A DNA stretch of 64,000 nucleotides, taken from NCBI GenBank assembly GCA_016860685.1, contig BOJX01000001.1, positions 29,776 to 93,775 on the forward strand, read 5' to 3'. Shown here one piece after another: positions 54,815 to 64,000 of this stretch; position 1 is the stretch's first letter, and every line of letters begins with the position of its first letter. A program made the position numbers and the translations under genes. Origin of the DNA: Planctomycetota bacterium (GTDB lineage Bacteria; Planctomycetota; Phycisphaerae; UBA1845). The notes below the pieces were generated by a model, which did no database searches, had not been told where the DNA came from, and saw only the letters and a program-made list of their open reading frames with translations.

Positions 54815-56215
54815 CTACTTCCCGCGCGGACCTTCGGCGGGTGCCTCAGTGCGGCGCGCCACGCGTCGCCCGACGATCGTGAGCACAGCCCGTCCGGTCA
54901 ACCACCAGCCCAGAAAAGGGGTGTTGAAGCTTCGTGAGTGCAGGGCGGTCGGCTCCACTTTCCACGTCGCCGCGGGGTCAAGCAGCGTGAGATTCGCCGG
55001 TTGCCGAGGCGCCACGGCGTGAAGGCGGCGACCGAGAACACGCATCGGCCCTTCCGTAAACCACCGGATCAGCGCAGTCCAGTCCGCCAGGCCCGTCTCG
55101 ATCATCGCCCGCGCAACCAGCGGCACGGCCGTCTCAAGCCCGATCAGACCCGGCGGCGCCTGCAACATGCCTCGGGCCTTCTCCTCCGCCGTGTGCGGCG
55201 CGTGATCCGTGGCGACGCAGTCGATCGTCCCGTCGAGTAGTCCGCGGCGGCAGGCCTCCACGTCGGCGGCGGTGCGCAGCGGCGGATGCATCTTCGCGTT
55301 CGTGTCACCGGTGTCGCAGGCTTCGTCGGTCAGGAGGAGATGATGCGGCGTCACTTCTGCGGTGACGGGAAGACCGTCCTCCTTCGCGCGCCGCACCAGT
55401 TCCACGCCGGTCGCCGTCGAGAGATGCGCGACGTGATACCGGGCGCGAATCCCGCGGCACAGGCGAAGATCCCGCTCGATCATTGCATCCTCGGACCGCA
55501 GATCAAGCCCCGGCCAGCCGCGACGCGCTGCTACGGCGCCCTTGTGCAGCACGCCGCCGGCGGACAGCGCCCGGTACTCGCAATGCTGGATCAACACCGC
55601 GCCGACGTCGCGCGCCCGGCGGAAGGCGTCCGCCATCACCGCGTCGTCCTCGACGCCGACGCCGTCGTCGGAGAACGCCACCGCGCCCGCGGTCAGCAGC
55701 GAGGCGAAATCAGCGGGAACGCGGCCCTCCCGGCCGACCGTGATGGCGGCGATCGGACCGACTTCGCAAGCGTCTTCCTGTGCGGCGCGGTCGAGCGCGT
55801 AGCGCACGCCTTCGATCGAGTCCACTGCGGGCTTCGTATTCGGCATCGGAGCGACGAAGGTGAACCCGCCGGCGGCCGCCGCGCGGCATCCCGTGCCGAT
55901 CGTCTCTTTATGCTCGAAACCCGGTTCGCGGAGGTGAACGTGGATGTCCGCAAGTCCGGGGCAGAGGATCAGACCGCGAGCGTTGATCTTAAGGCATGAC
56001 GATCGGGCTTCAGCTTCACCACCGGAATCTGAGACTTCAGAATTCAACTCTTCCTGCGCCGACCGGCGGTGTACTTCCGCGGTATGCACGGGAGTGACCG
56101 TCTCGATGACCCCGCGGCGCACGACGACATCGGCGACGGCGTCAAGGCGCATGAGCGGGTCGATCACACGCACCCCGAGGAGTGAGATTTCGTCGAAGCG
56201 CTCGATCCTGATCAT
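54815..56215 (-). CDS. pyrC: dihydroorotase
   Basis: ATG 56215. PGLADIHVHLREPG, then ...VTPHHLLL...ATDHAPH. Carries an extra low-complexity insert near the N-terminus. Confidence 0.85.
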   Translation of the reverse strand: MIRIERFDEISLLGVRVIDPLMRLDAVADVVVRRGVIETVTPVHTAEVHRRSAQEELNSEVSDSGGEAEARSSCLKINARGLILCPGLADIHVHLREPGFEHKETIGTGCRAAAAGGFTFVAPMPNTKPAVDSIEGVRYALDRAAQEDACEVGPIAAITVGREGRVPADFASLLTAGAVAFSDDGVGVEDDAVMADAFRRARDVGAVLIQHCEYRALSAGGVLHKGAVAARRGWPGLDLRSEDAMIERDLRLCRGIRARYHVAHLSTATGVELVRRAKEDGLPVTAEVTPHHLLLTDEACDTGDTNAKMHPPLRTAADVEACRRGLLDGTIDCVATDHAPHTAEEKARGMLQAPPGLIGLETAVPLVARAMIETGLADWTALIRWFTEGPMRVLGRRLHAVAPRQPANLTLLDPAATWKVEPTALHSRSFNTPFLGWWLTGRAVLTIVGRRVARRTEAPAEGPRGK

Positions 56216-56463
56216 GACGACGGTCCGCAGTGCTGCGCGCCAGGGACACGCGCAGGATCGCCGGCGCTTGCGACGCCGCGCCGATCCTGGGGCAGGAAGT
56301 TGTCCTCGCAGCTTTCCACGTAGCCGCACCGATCGCACAAGGACTTGCACTGGCGGCGCGACAGGACGCCTTCGCCGCACAGGGGGCAGGTCACGGGCGG
56401 AAGGACGCCGCATTCGCTCCGGCCTCCTCCGGTCTCCGCCTTTCCTTTGTTCGTCCCGGACAT
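56212..56463 (-). CDS. small Cys-rich (zinc-ribbon-like) protein coupled to pyrC
   Basis: 83 aa containing CPLCGEG...CKSLCDRCGYVESC. Its stop overlaps the pyrC start (ATGA). Confidence 0.5.
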   Translation of the reverse strand: MSGTNKGKAETGGGRSECGVLPPVTCPLCGEGVLSRRQCKSLCDRCGYVESCEDNFLPQDRRGVASAGDPARVPGAQHCGPSS

Positions 56464-56624
56464 GCGTCTAACCTAGGTTCGGGATCGGATCGTCGCAAGA
56501 CCGCATCGCGCCGTCATCATCCCCCGGAGAACCCGAAGCTCGTGAACAAAAAAACCGCGCCGGACAAGCGGCGCGGCCGATGCGTCAGAGAATCCCCCGG
56601 TGTTCACCGTCGGCGGCTGGGCGA

Positions 56625-57773
56625 TCAATCCTTTTTCTTGCGTTTGCCGCCGCCCGACTTGGCTTCGCCCTCCAGTTTCTCCGGAGTGGCGCCGCCGGAT
56701 GAGGCTTCGGGCGGGACCGGCTTGGCCGCAGGCGCCGGCTTTGCGGCGGACGCATCTCCCGGCTTCGCAGTCTGAGGCGTCGGGCGGTTCTTCCCGAGGG
56801 TTGCCTCGTAGGCCGGTCGCTGCTCCGCCCGAAGCTGCGCCTCAAGCCGCAACACCAGTTCCTCGTACAACTGCTCGATCGGCTCAATCAGGGCGCGCTC
56901 CTGCTCCTCGAGAGCCTTCTGCTTCGCGGCGTCGCCTTCGATCAAGGCCTTGCGGATCTCCGCGGCGAGCTTCTGGCGCTCCCCTTTCTGCTGGTTCGTA
57001 TACGCTTCAAACTTGGCCAGAATTTCAGTGAGCACGGATCGCGCCGCGGCCGTTTGACCCTCGTCCAACTGGCAAACCTTGATGAACTCGTCCGTGAACG
57101 CCGTGAAGCGGTCCTTGTTAGCCGCATCCTGCTGAAGCGGCGAGGTGGACGGCGACGGACGCGGCGGCTTCGGCGGTTCGTTCGGATCCTTCGCCTGCGG
57201 CGCCGGCGGGAAGAGGCTGCCGCTTTCGGCCTTGCCCTCCTTCCACTCCTTGAAACGCCCGTCCACGAAGGGAAACTGGCTTTCCACCATCATTTTGTAG
57301 TCGTAGTCATGCTTGACCTTCTGCTCGTCGGTGAGAATCCCGCGCCACGCGTTGTTCCCGTCGATGATCGCCTGCTTCGCCTTCTCGAAGAGAGGCACAG
57401 CCGCCTCGGCGATCCGCTTCGCCGCCGCGGCATCGGGGGTCTCGCCGTTCATCTGGTAATGCATCAGCTCGCGCAGGATCGGCCACGCTTCGCGCTGATG
57501 CTCCTGAAGAAACTTCCGCACGCGCGTCCCGAGCAGATCGCGCGTGAAGACGGCCTGATCCTCCGACAGATTGTACCGGACGGTCAGGTTCTTCGTGATC
57601 GTGTCGAGAATCTTCTCCAGCCCGAGCATGTCGTCGCCGGACGCGGGAGCCGCCTTGTCCTTCGACGCGGCGTCGCTTTGAGCAACCGCCGTCGGCGACA
57701 CGGAGAACCCCGACGCCGCGACCAGAATCATGACCCACAGCTTGCTTGATCGAAACATCATTACGTGCCTCAT
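56625..57773 (-). CDS. secreted hypothetical protein with LTxxQ-like motifs and Lys/Pro-rich tail
   Basis: Signal peptide MFRSSKLWVMILVAASGFSVSPTAVA. Motifs LSEDQAVF, LTDEQKVK and LDEGQTAA resemble the Spy/CpxP-type LTxxQ motif, though only weakly. Confidence 0.6.
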   Translation of the reverse strand: MRHVMMFRSSKLWVMILVAASGFSVSPTAVAQSDAASKDKAAPASGDDMLGLEKILDTITKNLTVRYNLSEDQAVFTRDLLGTRVRKFLQEHQREAWPILRELMHYQMNGETPDAAAAKRIAEAAVPLFEKAKQAIIDGNNAWRGILTDEQKVKHDYDYKMMVESQFPFVDGRFKEWKEGKAESGSLFPPAPQAKDPNEPPKPPRPSPSTSPLQQDAANKDRFTAFTDEFIKVCQLDEGQTAAARSVLTEILAKFEAYTNQQKGERQKLAAEIRKALIEGDAAKQKALEEQERALIEPIEQLYEELVLRLEAQLRAEQRPAYEATLGKNRPTPQTAKPGDASAAKPAPAAKPVPPEASSGGATPEKLEGEAKSGGGKRKKKD

Positions 57774-58096
57774 GCCCATCAGGGGAGTGTCCGACCCCTC
57801 GGTATGCGGGAAGTCGGGGTTGCCATCATTCCGGCGCCAGCTGACGAACAACCGCCCAGCCGGGACGTTCCGGCGGCGTCCTTTCGGCCTGCCGTGCCTT
57901 ACTTCAAGAATTATACATCGCACCGCCTGTCCGGGTTGCAACCCGGGCTTAGCCCGCGAACCGCATGACACGCCGGCGGGAGACATGACTCGAAAAGAAC
58001 CGCTTTGCGAGTCTGAAAAAGAGAAAAGCGAGAAAAGGGCACGAAATGACCGCAGACTGCCAACCCGATCTTTATTGATGAACTAAAGCCAGGCTT

Positions 58097-59431
58097 TCAA
58101 GATTGTTTGCGAAACGGGTGGGTCGCCCGGCGCAAAAACGATCGAAGCGGATACCAGATCAGTTTGCGCCGAAGCCGTCGGATGCCCGGATCCTCGGGCG
58201 CCAACTCCGCAGCCTTCCGCAGCGCCTGCCGCGCGCTGCGCCAATGACCGAGCTGCATGTGCCCAAGAGCGACAAAACGCAGCGCGTCCGCACATTTGTC
58301 GTCAAGCTCGGACGCGCGCAGGCAGTGCTTCAGCCCGGCGTCATGCATGCCCAGACGGTACTGACAGATTCCCAGGTTGATGTGCGCGGCGACGAGCTTT
58401 CCGTCAATCGACAGAAGCTTCTGATACGTGGTCGCGGCGAGGTCGAAGCGGTTCAGGTTGAAGTAACAACTCGCCAGGCACGCCAGCAGAACCTTATCCT
58501 CCGGCGCCTCGCGCTGCGCCACGCGAAGGTGGCGCAGGGCGGGCTTGAGTTTTCCAAGCTGCGCCAAGGTGCGGCCGATGTGGTTGTGAATCCCGGGCAA
58601 GCGGTCGTCAAGCGCGAGTGCCCGCTGAAAGCAGCGCAGCGCCCGCGAGTATTTCTGCGTCTCGAAGCAGATGCCGCCCAGCAGAAGATGCGCCCGGGGT
58701 TCATCCGGCTCAAGCTCGATCGCCTGAGTCAATTTCGTGATCGCCGCGTCGGGGTCGCCCGCCTCGTATGCCGCCTCCGCCATCTCGACGAGGAGCTCGA
58801 CGTTGCCCGCGTCATTGCGGTATTCCGCAAGGTACTCGCGGCGGGCGGCGTCATGTTGACCTTGCGCACGCAACGCCCGCGCAATGCGCGTCCGCACCTC
58901 GGGATACTCCGGATGCAGCGCGAGCGTCTGACGCCAGCAGCGGATCGCCTGCTCGTATTGAGCGCGCATCGCCAGCGAGGCGCCAAGGTGAAAGAAGCAG
59001 TGCGGACATCGCTCGTCCAACTGCTGCGCAAGATAAAACATCTCCTCAGCCTGCTCATGCCGACCGAGTTCGGCGTAGACCGCGATGCGGTGGCAGTACG
59101 CCGGCTCGAAGTCGCGGTCGATCTGCCCGACGCGGTCGAACACCTGCAACGCCGCCGCGAAACGCCCCAGCGCCATCCGCGCCGTGCCCAGCGCCATCAG
59201 CAGATCCTTGTCCGAAGGATCCAGCTCCACCGCGCGCTCGAACGCCGACGCCGCCTGATCCGACCGGTCCATCTGCTGGAGCACGAACCCCCGGTGCGCG
59301 TGCCAAGGTGCATTGTTGGGATTGATGGCGATCGCCGCGTCCAGCTCCGCCAGCGCTTCGTCCCACTGCTGGGATTCCGCAAGCTGCTGGGCCCGCTCAA
59401 CGCGCTGTTCGGCCTCGAGCCAGTCGTTCAT
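58097..59431 (-). CDS. tetratricopeptide repeat protein
   Basis: Successive 34-aa TPR-like units (..A...F.RA..LDP....A....G.....G....A). 444 aa. Confidence 0.8.
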   Translation of the reverse strand: MNDWLEAEQRVERAQQLAESQQWDEALAELDAAIAINPNNAPWHAHRGFVLQQMDRSDQAASAFERAVELDPSDKDLLMALGTARMALGRFAAALQVFDRVGQIDRDFEPAYCHRIAVYAELGRHEQAEEMFYLAQQLDERCPHCFFHLGASLAMRAQYEQAIRCWRQTLALHPEYPEVRTRIARALRAQGQHDAARREYLAEYRNDAGNVELLVEMAEAAYEAGDPDAAITKLTQAIELEPDEPRAHLLLGGICFETQKYSRALRCFQRALALDDRLPGIHNHIGRTLAQLGKLKPALRHLRVAQREAPEDKVLLACLASCYFNLNRFDLAATTYQKLLSIDGKLVAAHINLGICQYRLGMHDAGLKHCLRASELDDKCADALRFVALGHMQLGHWRSARQALRKAAELAPEDPGIRRLRRKLIWYPLRSFLRRATHPFRKQS

Positions 59432-59593
59432 GGACGAACCTTCCCGCCCGACGCCGGGCGACGCGCTTTTCTCAAGCCGCCTGTTATTGTATTCCTTCGG
59501 GGGACGCCGGGCAACTCGCCGGCGCCCGTCAGGTCTCGACCGGCGAACCGGCGGGGGAAAGTTCCCGACCGGCGGATCGCCCGGACCCGACGC

Positions 59594-60079
59594 ATGAGAA
59601 TCGGCATCCTCTCAGACAGCCACGGACGGACGGCGAAGGTGCGGGACGCGGTCGCGCGGCTGGACGCCAGGGGCGTCGATCTCTTCGTTCATTGCGGCGA
59701 CGTGGGTGACGCCGATGTTTTCGAGGTCTTTGCGGGCCGTCCCCTCCGGTTTGTCTGGGGAAACTGCGACCTGCCTTCCGCCCCCCTGCTGGCCTTCCTG
59801 CACGCAACCGGGTTGACGGCGCCCGCTCATCCGCCGCTGCGCTTCGACGCAAACGGCGCATCGATCGTCGTCTTCCACGGACACGAACCCGAGTTCGCCG
59901 GGGCGCTGGCTCGACCTGACGCGGATTACCTCCTGCACGGTCACACCCACGTCCGCCGCGACGAGCGACGCGGGACGTGCCGTGTCATCAACCCGGGCGC
60001 AATCCACCGCGCCTCGCCGCCGTCGGCGGCGTGGCTGGACACCGGAACGGATGAGCTGATTTTCATTGATCTCGCATAA
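59594..60079 (+). CDS. YfcE/MJ0936-family metallophosphoesterase
   Basis: ATG 59594 gives MRIGILSDSHG, then VHCGDV...GNCD...FHGH...LLHGHTH...NPGA. Confidence 0.85.
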   Translation: MRIGILSDSHGRTAKVRDAVARLDARGVDLFVHCGDVGDADVFEVFAGRPLRFVWGNCDLPSAPLLAFLHATGLTAPAHPPLRFDANGASIVVFHGHEPEFAGALARPDADYLLHGHTHVRRDERRGTCRVINPGAIHRASPPSAAWLDTGTDELIFIDLA

Positions 60080-60122
60080 GACCCGAAGACGCCGCACGAC
60101 CCGCCCTCTGAATCCACGCCGT

Positions 60123-61436
60123 TCACCCGGGGGATGTCCCCTTGTCAGGCGGTTGTTCGCCGCACACGACCGCTTCGTAGATCTCCCAGGTTCGTTGAGC
60201 CATCCGGACGTGAGTCCACCCGCGAACGACCGCCGCACGACCCTGATCCGCGAGACGCCGGCGAAGTTCCACATCCCGGATCAGGCGGCGAAACGTGGCC
60301 GCCAGCGCCTCGACGTCACCGGGGGGAAACGTCAGCCCCCCGCCGGACTCCTCGACCAGTTCAAGATAAGAACCGTGCGCCGGCTGGACGACCGGCACGC
60401 CGCACGACATCGCCTCCAGCACCGGCAATCCCTTCGTCTCCACGTAACGCGAAGGCACGCTGAACACGTGCGACGACTGAAGCAGACGCACCTTCTCCTC
60501 GAGACGGATCTCGCCCAGCCAGTCCACCCGCGACGACAGCCCGATCGATCGCACCCGCTCCTGCAAGTTCCGCGCATACACGCGATCGCCCGGACCGCAG
60601 TACCCGGCGATCCTCAACCGGACGTCCGGCTCACTCCCGGCAAGCCGCTCAAAGGCGTCAACCAGAAGATCCAGACCCTTCTCACGACACTGCCGGGACA
60701 GGTAACTGATAACCTTCGGCGACGCCGGCGGCGGAGGTCCCGGCGCGAACACCTCCGTATCCACGCCCAGCGGGGCGACGTGAACCCGGTCCGCGGGAAG
60801 CGCGAAATGCCCGATGAAATGCGTGGCGCAATACCGGGTGACGGCGATGAAAGCGTCCACCTCAGCCGCGGCTTCCCGGATCCGCGCCAGCGCTTCCGTG
60901 CGCCACGGTTGCGGCAACGCGTCCACGAAGACGTCTTCGCCGCTGAGCGTACATACCACCGGAACGCCCAGCGCGCGCTTCAGCGTCCCGGCGACGCCCA
61001 GCAGCATCAGGTCCGGCAGGTTCACGAGGTCCGGCCTCTCGTGCTTCAGCGCCTCGACGAGCGGCTCGACCTCCGCGCGCTGCGGACCGTGCTCGCCCTT
61101 GAGCATCGAGACCGTCAGCGCCCCGAGATCCTCTGCTCGGGTGGACCCCGCGAACCGGCTCAGCCAGCTCAAAAGCCGCGGCGACGCCAGCGGTCGCGTC
61201 ATCCACCCCGGAAGCGACGCCAGCGGACGCACCTTCTCACGAAGATAAGCCCCGATCCCCCCCCAGTAGACGCGGCGACGGCTGACGTCGACTTCATCCG
61301 TGCGGATCGGCGTGTACAAAGGCCACAACGAGATGTCGCGGCCCTGCGCGCGGAGCGTCGCCGCGAGGCGATTGTCGCGAAGACAACTGCCGCAGATCAT
61401 GCCCGCGGCGCCCGCGGCGAGGTAGACGACTTTCAT
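60123..61436 (-). CDS. glycosyltransferase family 4-like (GT-B)
   Basis: C-terminal VFSVPSRYVETKGLPVLEAMSCGVPVV is the GT4 EX7E region. An unusual N-terminal MICGSCLRDN Cys motif is present. Confidence 0.75.
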   Translation of the reverse strand: MKVVYLAAGAAGMICGSCLRDNRLAATLRAQGRDISLWPLYTPIRTDEVDVSRRRVYWGGIGAYLREKVRPLASLPGWMTRPLASPRLLSWLSRFAGSTRAEDLGALTVSMLKGEHGPQRAEVEPLVEALKHERPDLVNLPDLMLLGVAGTLKRALGVPVVCTLSGEDVFVDALPQPWRTEALARIREAAAEVDAFIAVTRYCATHFIGHFALPADRVHVAPLGVDTEVFAPGPPPPASPKVISYLSRQCREKGLDLLVDAFERLAGSEPDVRLRIAGYCGPGDRVYARNLQERVRSIGLSSRVDWLGEIRLEEKVRLLQSSHVFSVPSRYVETKGLPVLEAMSCGVPVVQPAHGSYLELVEESGGGLTFPPGDVEALAATFRRLIRDVELRRRLADQGRAAVVRGWTHVRMAQRTWEIYEAVVCGEQPPDKGTSPG

Positions 61437-62524
61437 GCCGTTGCGAAGCGGACCGAATGAACCGGCGGAAGGCTCGACCCCAGGCTCCGCCAGGAATCCC
61501 CACGATCATGCGAAACGTACGCGTTCCCCGTCGTCGAGCCGAACGCCAGCACGTCCCCCGCAAGATCCAGCCCGTGACGGAACACGATGTCGAAGCATTG
61601 CTCCTGCGGCAGTCCTTTGCGCAACGCCGTCCAGTTCCTGCCCCCGTCCGTCGTCCGGCATACGCACAACGCCTCATTCACCGCCACCCGGCACTCATCC
61701 TTCACGCCCGGGACGACCCACGCCGTCTGCGGGTCGCGCGCGTCGACCGACACCGCAAACCCGAAGTACGCCGGTCCGCCCGGCTGCGACACATCCTGCC
61801 AGTTCCGCCCGCCGTCCGTCGTGCGGAAGATGCCGCAGTGATTCTGCTGCCACATGCAGTCCGGCGCGGCCGGACAGGCGACCAGCAGGTGCGGATCATG
61901 TCCGACCTCGACGTTCGAATCCGGAAGGTAGTCCGCCTTCAGCCCCCGATTCCGCGGCGCCCAGGTCGCGCCGCCGTCGGTGGACTCGAACACGCCCGCG
62001 CAACTGACCCCCACGAAGACGTGCCTCGAATCCCGCGGATCTATCACGACCGAGTGAATGCCCGCCTCGTCGCGCCCTCCGCCGAACCAGCCCGGACGCG
62101 ACGGATGATTCCACAGCGACTCAACCAGCGCGAACGTCTCCCCGCCGTCACAGCTGACGAAAAGTCCCCCCGGCTCCGTGCCGATGTAGATCGTCTTCGG
62201 CTGATCGGCGGGCCCGGGCTGCAACACCCACAGATAACGCATCGTCGCCGGAACGCCCTCGCGGATCGTGCTGCCCTCGGGATACGCCGGGCAGGGAACT
62301 TCCTCCCACGTCGCCCCCAGATCGCGCGAACGCTGGAGCTTCCGCCCCCAGTGTCCGTGATCGAGGCAGGCCCAGAGCACGCCCGTCCGCGGATCGAGCG
62401 CCGCGTACGAAACATTGTTCCCCAGGTGGCTGACCGAGCGGTACTTCCAGTCAGACCCCTTGCGGTCAAAAAGGATCATCCCTTTGCGCGTCCCGAGAAT
62501 CAGCAGGTTCGCCGCATCCGACAT
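61433..62524 (-). CDS. BNR/Asp-box repeat (sialidase-fold-like) protein
   Basis: ATG 62524. Asp-boxes SRDLGATW, SCDGGETF, STDGGATW, TTDGGRNW (twice) and SHDRGDSW. The stop overlaps the GT4 start by 4 nt. Confidence 0.75.
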   Translation of the reverse strand: MSDAANLLILGTRKGMILFDRKGSDWKYRSVSHLGNNVSYAALDPRTGVLWACLDHGHWGRKLQRSRDLGATWEEVPCPAYPEGSTIREGVPATMRYLWVLQPGPADQPKTIYIGTEPGGLFVSCDGGETFALVESLWNHPSRPGWFGGGRDEAGIHSVVIDPRDSRHVFVGVSCAGVFESTDGGATWAPRNRGLKADYLPDSNVEVGHDPHLLVACPAAPDCMWQQNHCGIFRTTDGGRNWQDVSQPGGPAYFGFAVSVDARDPQTAWVVPGVKDECRVAVNEALCVCRTTDGGRNWTALRKGLPQEQCFDIVFRHGLDLAGDVLAFGSTTGNAYVSHDRGDSWRSLGSSLPPVHSVRFATA

Positions 62525-62610
62525 GAAGGTTCTCCCTTGTGGCTGGGTTGGCCGCCCGCGCAGACAGTCTACCCGCGTCCCGCACAGCCCCCAAGCGATC
62601 CCCCTCGGCG

Positions 62611-63414
62611 TCAGGCGCCCCCGCCCACGCGGAGTACGCGGATCCGAAGCGTCTCGAGGTCGCCGAAGCAAGCCGCCGCGCTGCCTCGGTTCACCGCGAT
62701 CTCCAGGAAACCGCTGCTGCCGATCAGGGCAAGCATCTCTCCGGGCGGGACGTCGGCGTACGTCGCGCGGAGCGGACCGATCGAGGCGTCGTTGACCCGC
62801 ACCTTCGCCTGCTGAGGACGGTGAAGCAGCGGACCGAGGTCTTTCGCGTGAATGTTGGTGATCAGGCTCCCGAAACGGTCCACGCGGATCACGCGACCCG
62901 CGACCCCCTCGCGCGTCAGAACGACGTTCCACTCCTCCGGCAGCAACTCAAGCCGGTCGGTCGCGCGCCCGAAGCTCTCCGGCTTCGCCCCGGATGCCAG
63001 CCGCGCCGCCACCGGGGCGAAGATGTCCCGTCCGTGAAACGTACTGGATACCGCGGGAAGAAAGTGCTGGCGGTTCTCCACGACGTGCAACGCTTCGATC
63101 GGAGCGTCGCGATGCACGAACGTGATAACGCCGTTGTCGGGCACAAGAAAGAAACTGCCAGCGCAGCGCGCCAGAAGAATCCGCCGGTCCGTCCCCACAC
63201 CCGGGTCCACCACGCACACGTGGACCGTCCCCGCCGGGTACCACGGGCGAAGGCAGCGCAGCACATGCGCGGCGTCACGGATGCCGTAAGGCGGAACCTC
63301 ATGCGTGACGTCGATGACACGCACCTTCGGAGCGACCCCGGCGATGACGCCCTTCATGATCGCCACGTAGGCGTCGGCCGTCCCGAAGTCGGTCGTCAGC
63401 GTGATCAGGTTCAC
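62611..63414 (-). CDS. SAM hydrolase / SAM-dependent halogenase family protein (DUF62, S-adenosyl-L-methionine hydroxide adenosyltransferase-like)
   Basis: MNLITLTTDFGTADAYVAIMKGVI..., VVDPGVG, FHGRDIFAP. Confidence 0.8.
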   Translation of the reverse strand: MNLITLTTDFGTADAYVAIMKGVIAGVAPKVRVIDVTHEVPPYGIRDAAHVLRCLRPWYPAGTVHVCVVDPGVGTDRRILLARCAGSFFLVPDNGVITFVHRDAPIEALHVVENRQHFLPAVSSTFHGRDIFAPVAARLASGAKPESFGRATDRLELLPEEWNVVLTREGVAGRVIRVDRFGSLITNIHAKDLGPLLHRPQQAKVRVNDASIGPLRATYADVPPGEMLALIGSSGFLEIAVNRGSAAACFGDLETLRIRVLRVGGGA

Positions 63415-63466
63415 AGCGTATGTTCGCGCCCGGACGCGCGACGTCCGCCCGGGCTTGGATCGCGCG

Positions 63467-64000
63467 TTAGAATCCGCTCGGCGCCGTCCAGTCGGCGATG
63501 AACACCTGCGCCTCCGACTGCCCGGCGCGCTTCGACGTCCACATCAGCTTCTTTCCGTCCGGCGAGAACACCGGCAACCCGTCGAACTCCGCGTCGAACG
63601 TGATCCGCGTCCGGTTCTTCCCGCCGACGTCCATCACGAAAAGATCGTAGTTCGGCCGCGATTGCTTCGCGTACGCGGCATGATCCACTTCGACATAGAT
63701 GAAGTACTTCCCCGACGGGTGATAATAAGGGGCCCAGTTGAAAAGCTCGTTGTCCGTCAGCGCCCGGTCGTTCTTCCCGTCCACGTCGATCATCCGGATT
63801 TGAAGGAGCATCTCCGGCGTGTTCCTCCGGTCCCCGCGATACAGGATCGTACGCCCATCCGGCGAGAAAAACGGACCGCCGTCGTAACCCTCGCCGTAAG
63901 TGAGCCGCCGCTGGTTCTTCCCGTCGGCGTCCATGATGTACAGCTCAAGGTCGCCGTCGCGCTGCGAGCAGAACACGATCGACTTCCCGTCCGGCGAGTA
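63467..64000 (-). CDS. TolB-like WD40/PD40 beta-propeller repeat protein, C-terminal part (5' end beyond the window)
   Basis: Repeated SPDGK/SPDGR...Y...D motifs. The frame stays open to base 64000 ([16 protein letters not shown]). Confidence 0.75.
   Translation of the reverse strand, partial: YSPDGKSIVFCSQRDGDLELYIMDADGKNQRRLTYGEGYDGGPFFSPDGRTILYRGDRRNTPEMLLQIRMIDVDGKNDRALTDNELFNWAPYYHPSGKYFIYVEVDHAAYAKQSRPNYDLFVMDVGGKNRTRITFDAEFDGLPVFSPDGKKLMWTSKRAGQSEAQVFIADWTAPSGF

Overview
This is a gene-dense bacterial chromosomal segment with high GC, about 65-68% by eye. All functions below were assigned by reading the supplied translations and hand-translating a few stretches. No database search was run.

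The backbone is housekeeping: fahA (partial), larB, gltX, gap, serS, thiL, tsaE, malQ, tyrA, trpS, pheS, ispG, sppA, tadA and pyrC. Between these sit many secreted or surface proteins. They carry a lamin-tail domain plus thrombospondin-type-3 repeats, dockerin-like C-terminal modules, BNR/Asp-boxes, YVTN and TolB-type propellers, and TPR repeats. An ECF sigma / Ser-Thr kinase pair is also present. This mix suggests Planctomycetota (Phycisphaerae-like), but that is inference only.

I recognised no rRNA, tRNA, CRISPR array, transposase or integrase.

Most interesting observations:
1. A ~95-bp structured repeat occurs in 3 clear copies plus 1 diverged copy, each shortly downstream of the stop codon of a minus-strand gene. 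One copy has 12-bp terminal inverted repeats flanked by ATAG direct repeats.
2. A lower-GC three-gene cluster of secreted proteins lies at 34540-37393, preceded by an ~800-bp repeat-rich non-coding leader. Its middle gene is bracketed by a 44-bp inverted repeat with a 23-nt perfect core. One arm of the repeat is part of the gene's own dockerin-like coding sequence.
3. A small lower-GC islet at 46.8-48.3 kb holds a frameshifted lipoprotein gene and a translationally coupled pair made of a small protein and a minimal nucleotidyltransferase. It sits next to an ATP-grasp gene with an unusually long upstream region.
4. Eight near-identical 99-bp in-frame tandem repeats occur in a surface protein. 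Its convergent neighbour is interrupted by an in-frame TGA.

The many long ORFs antisense to real genes are treated as high-GC artefacts.
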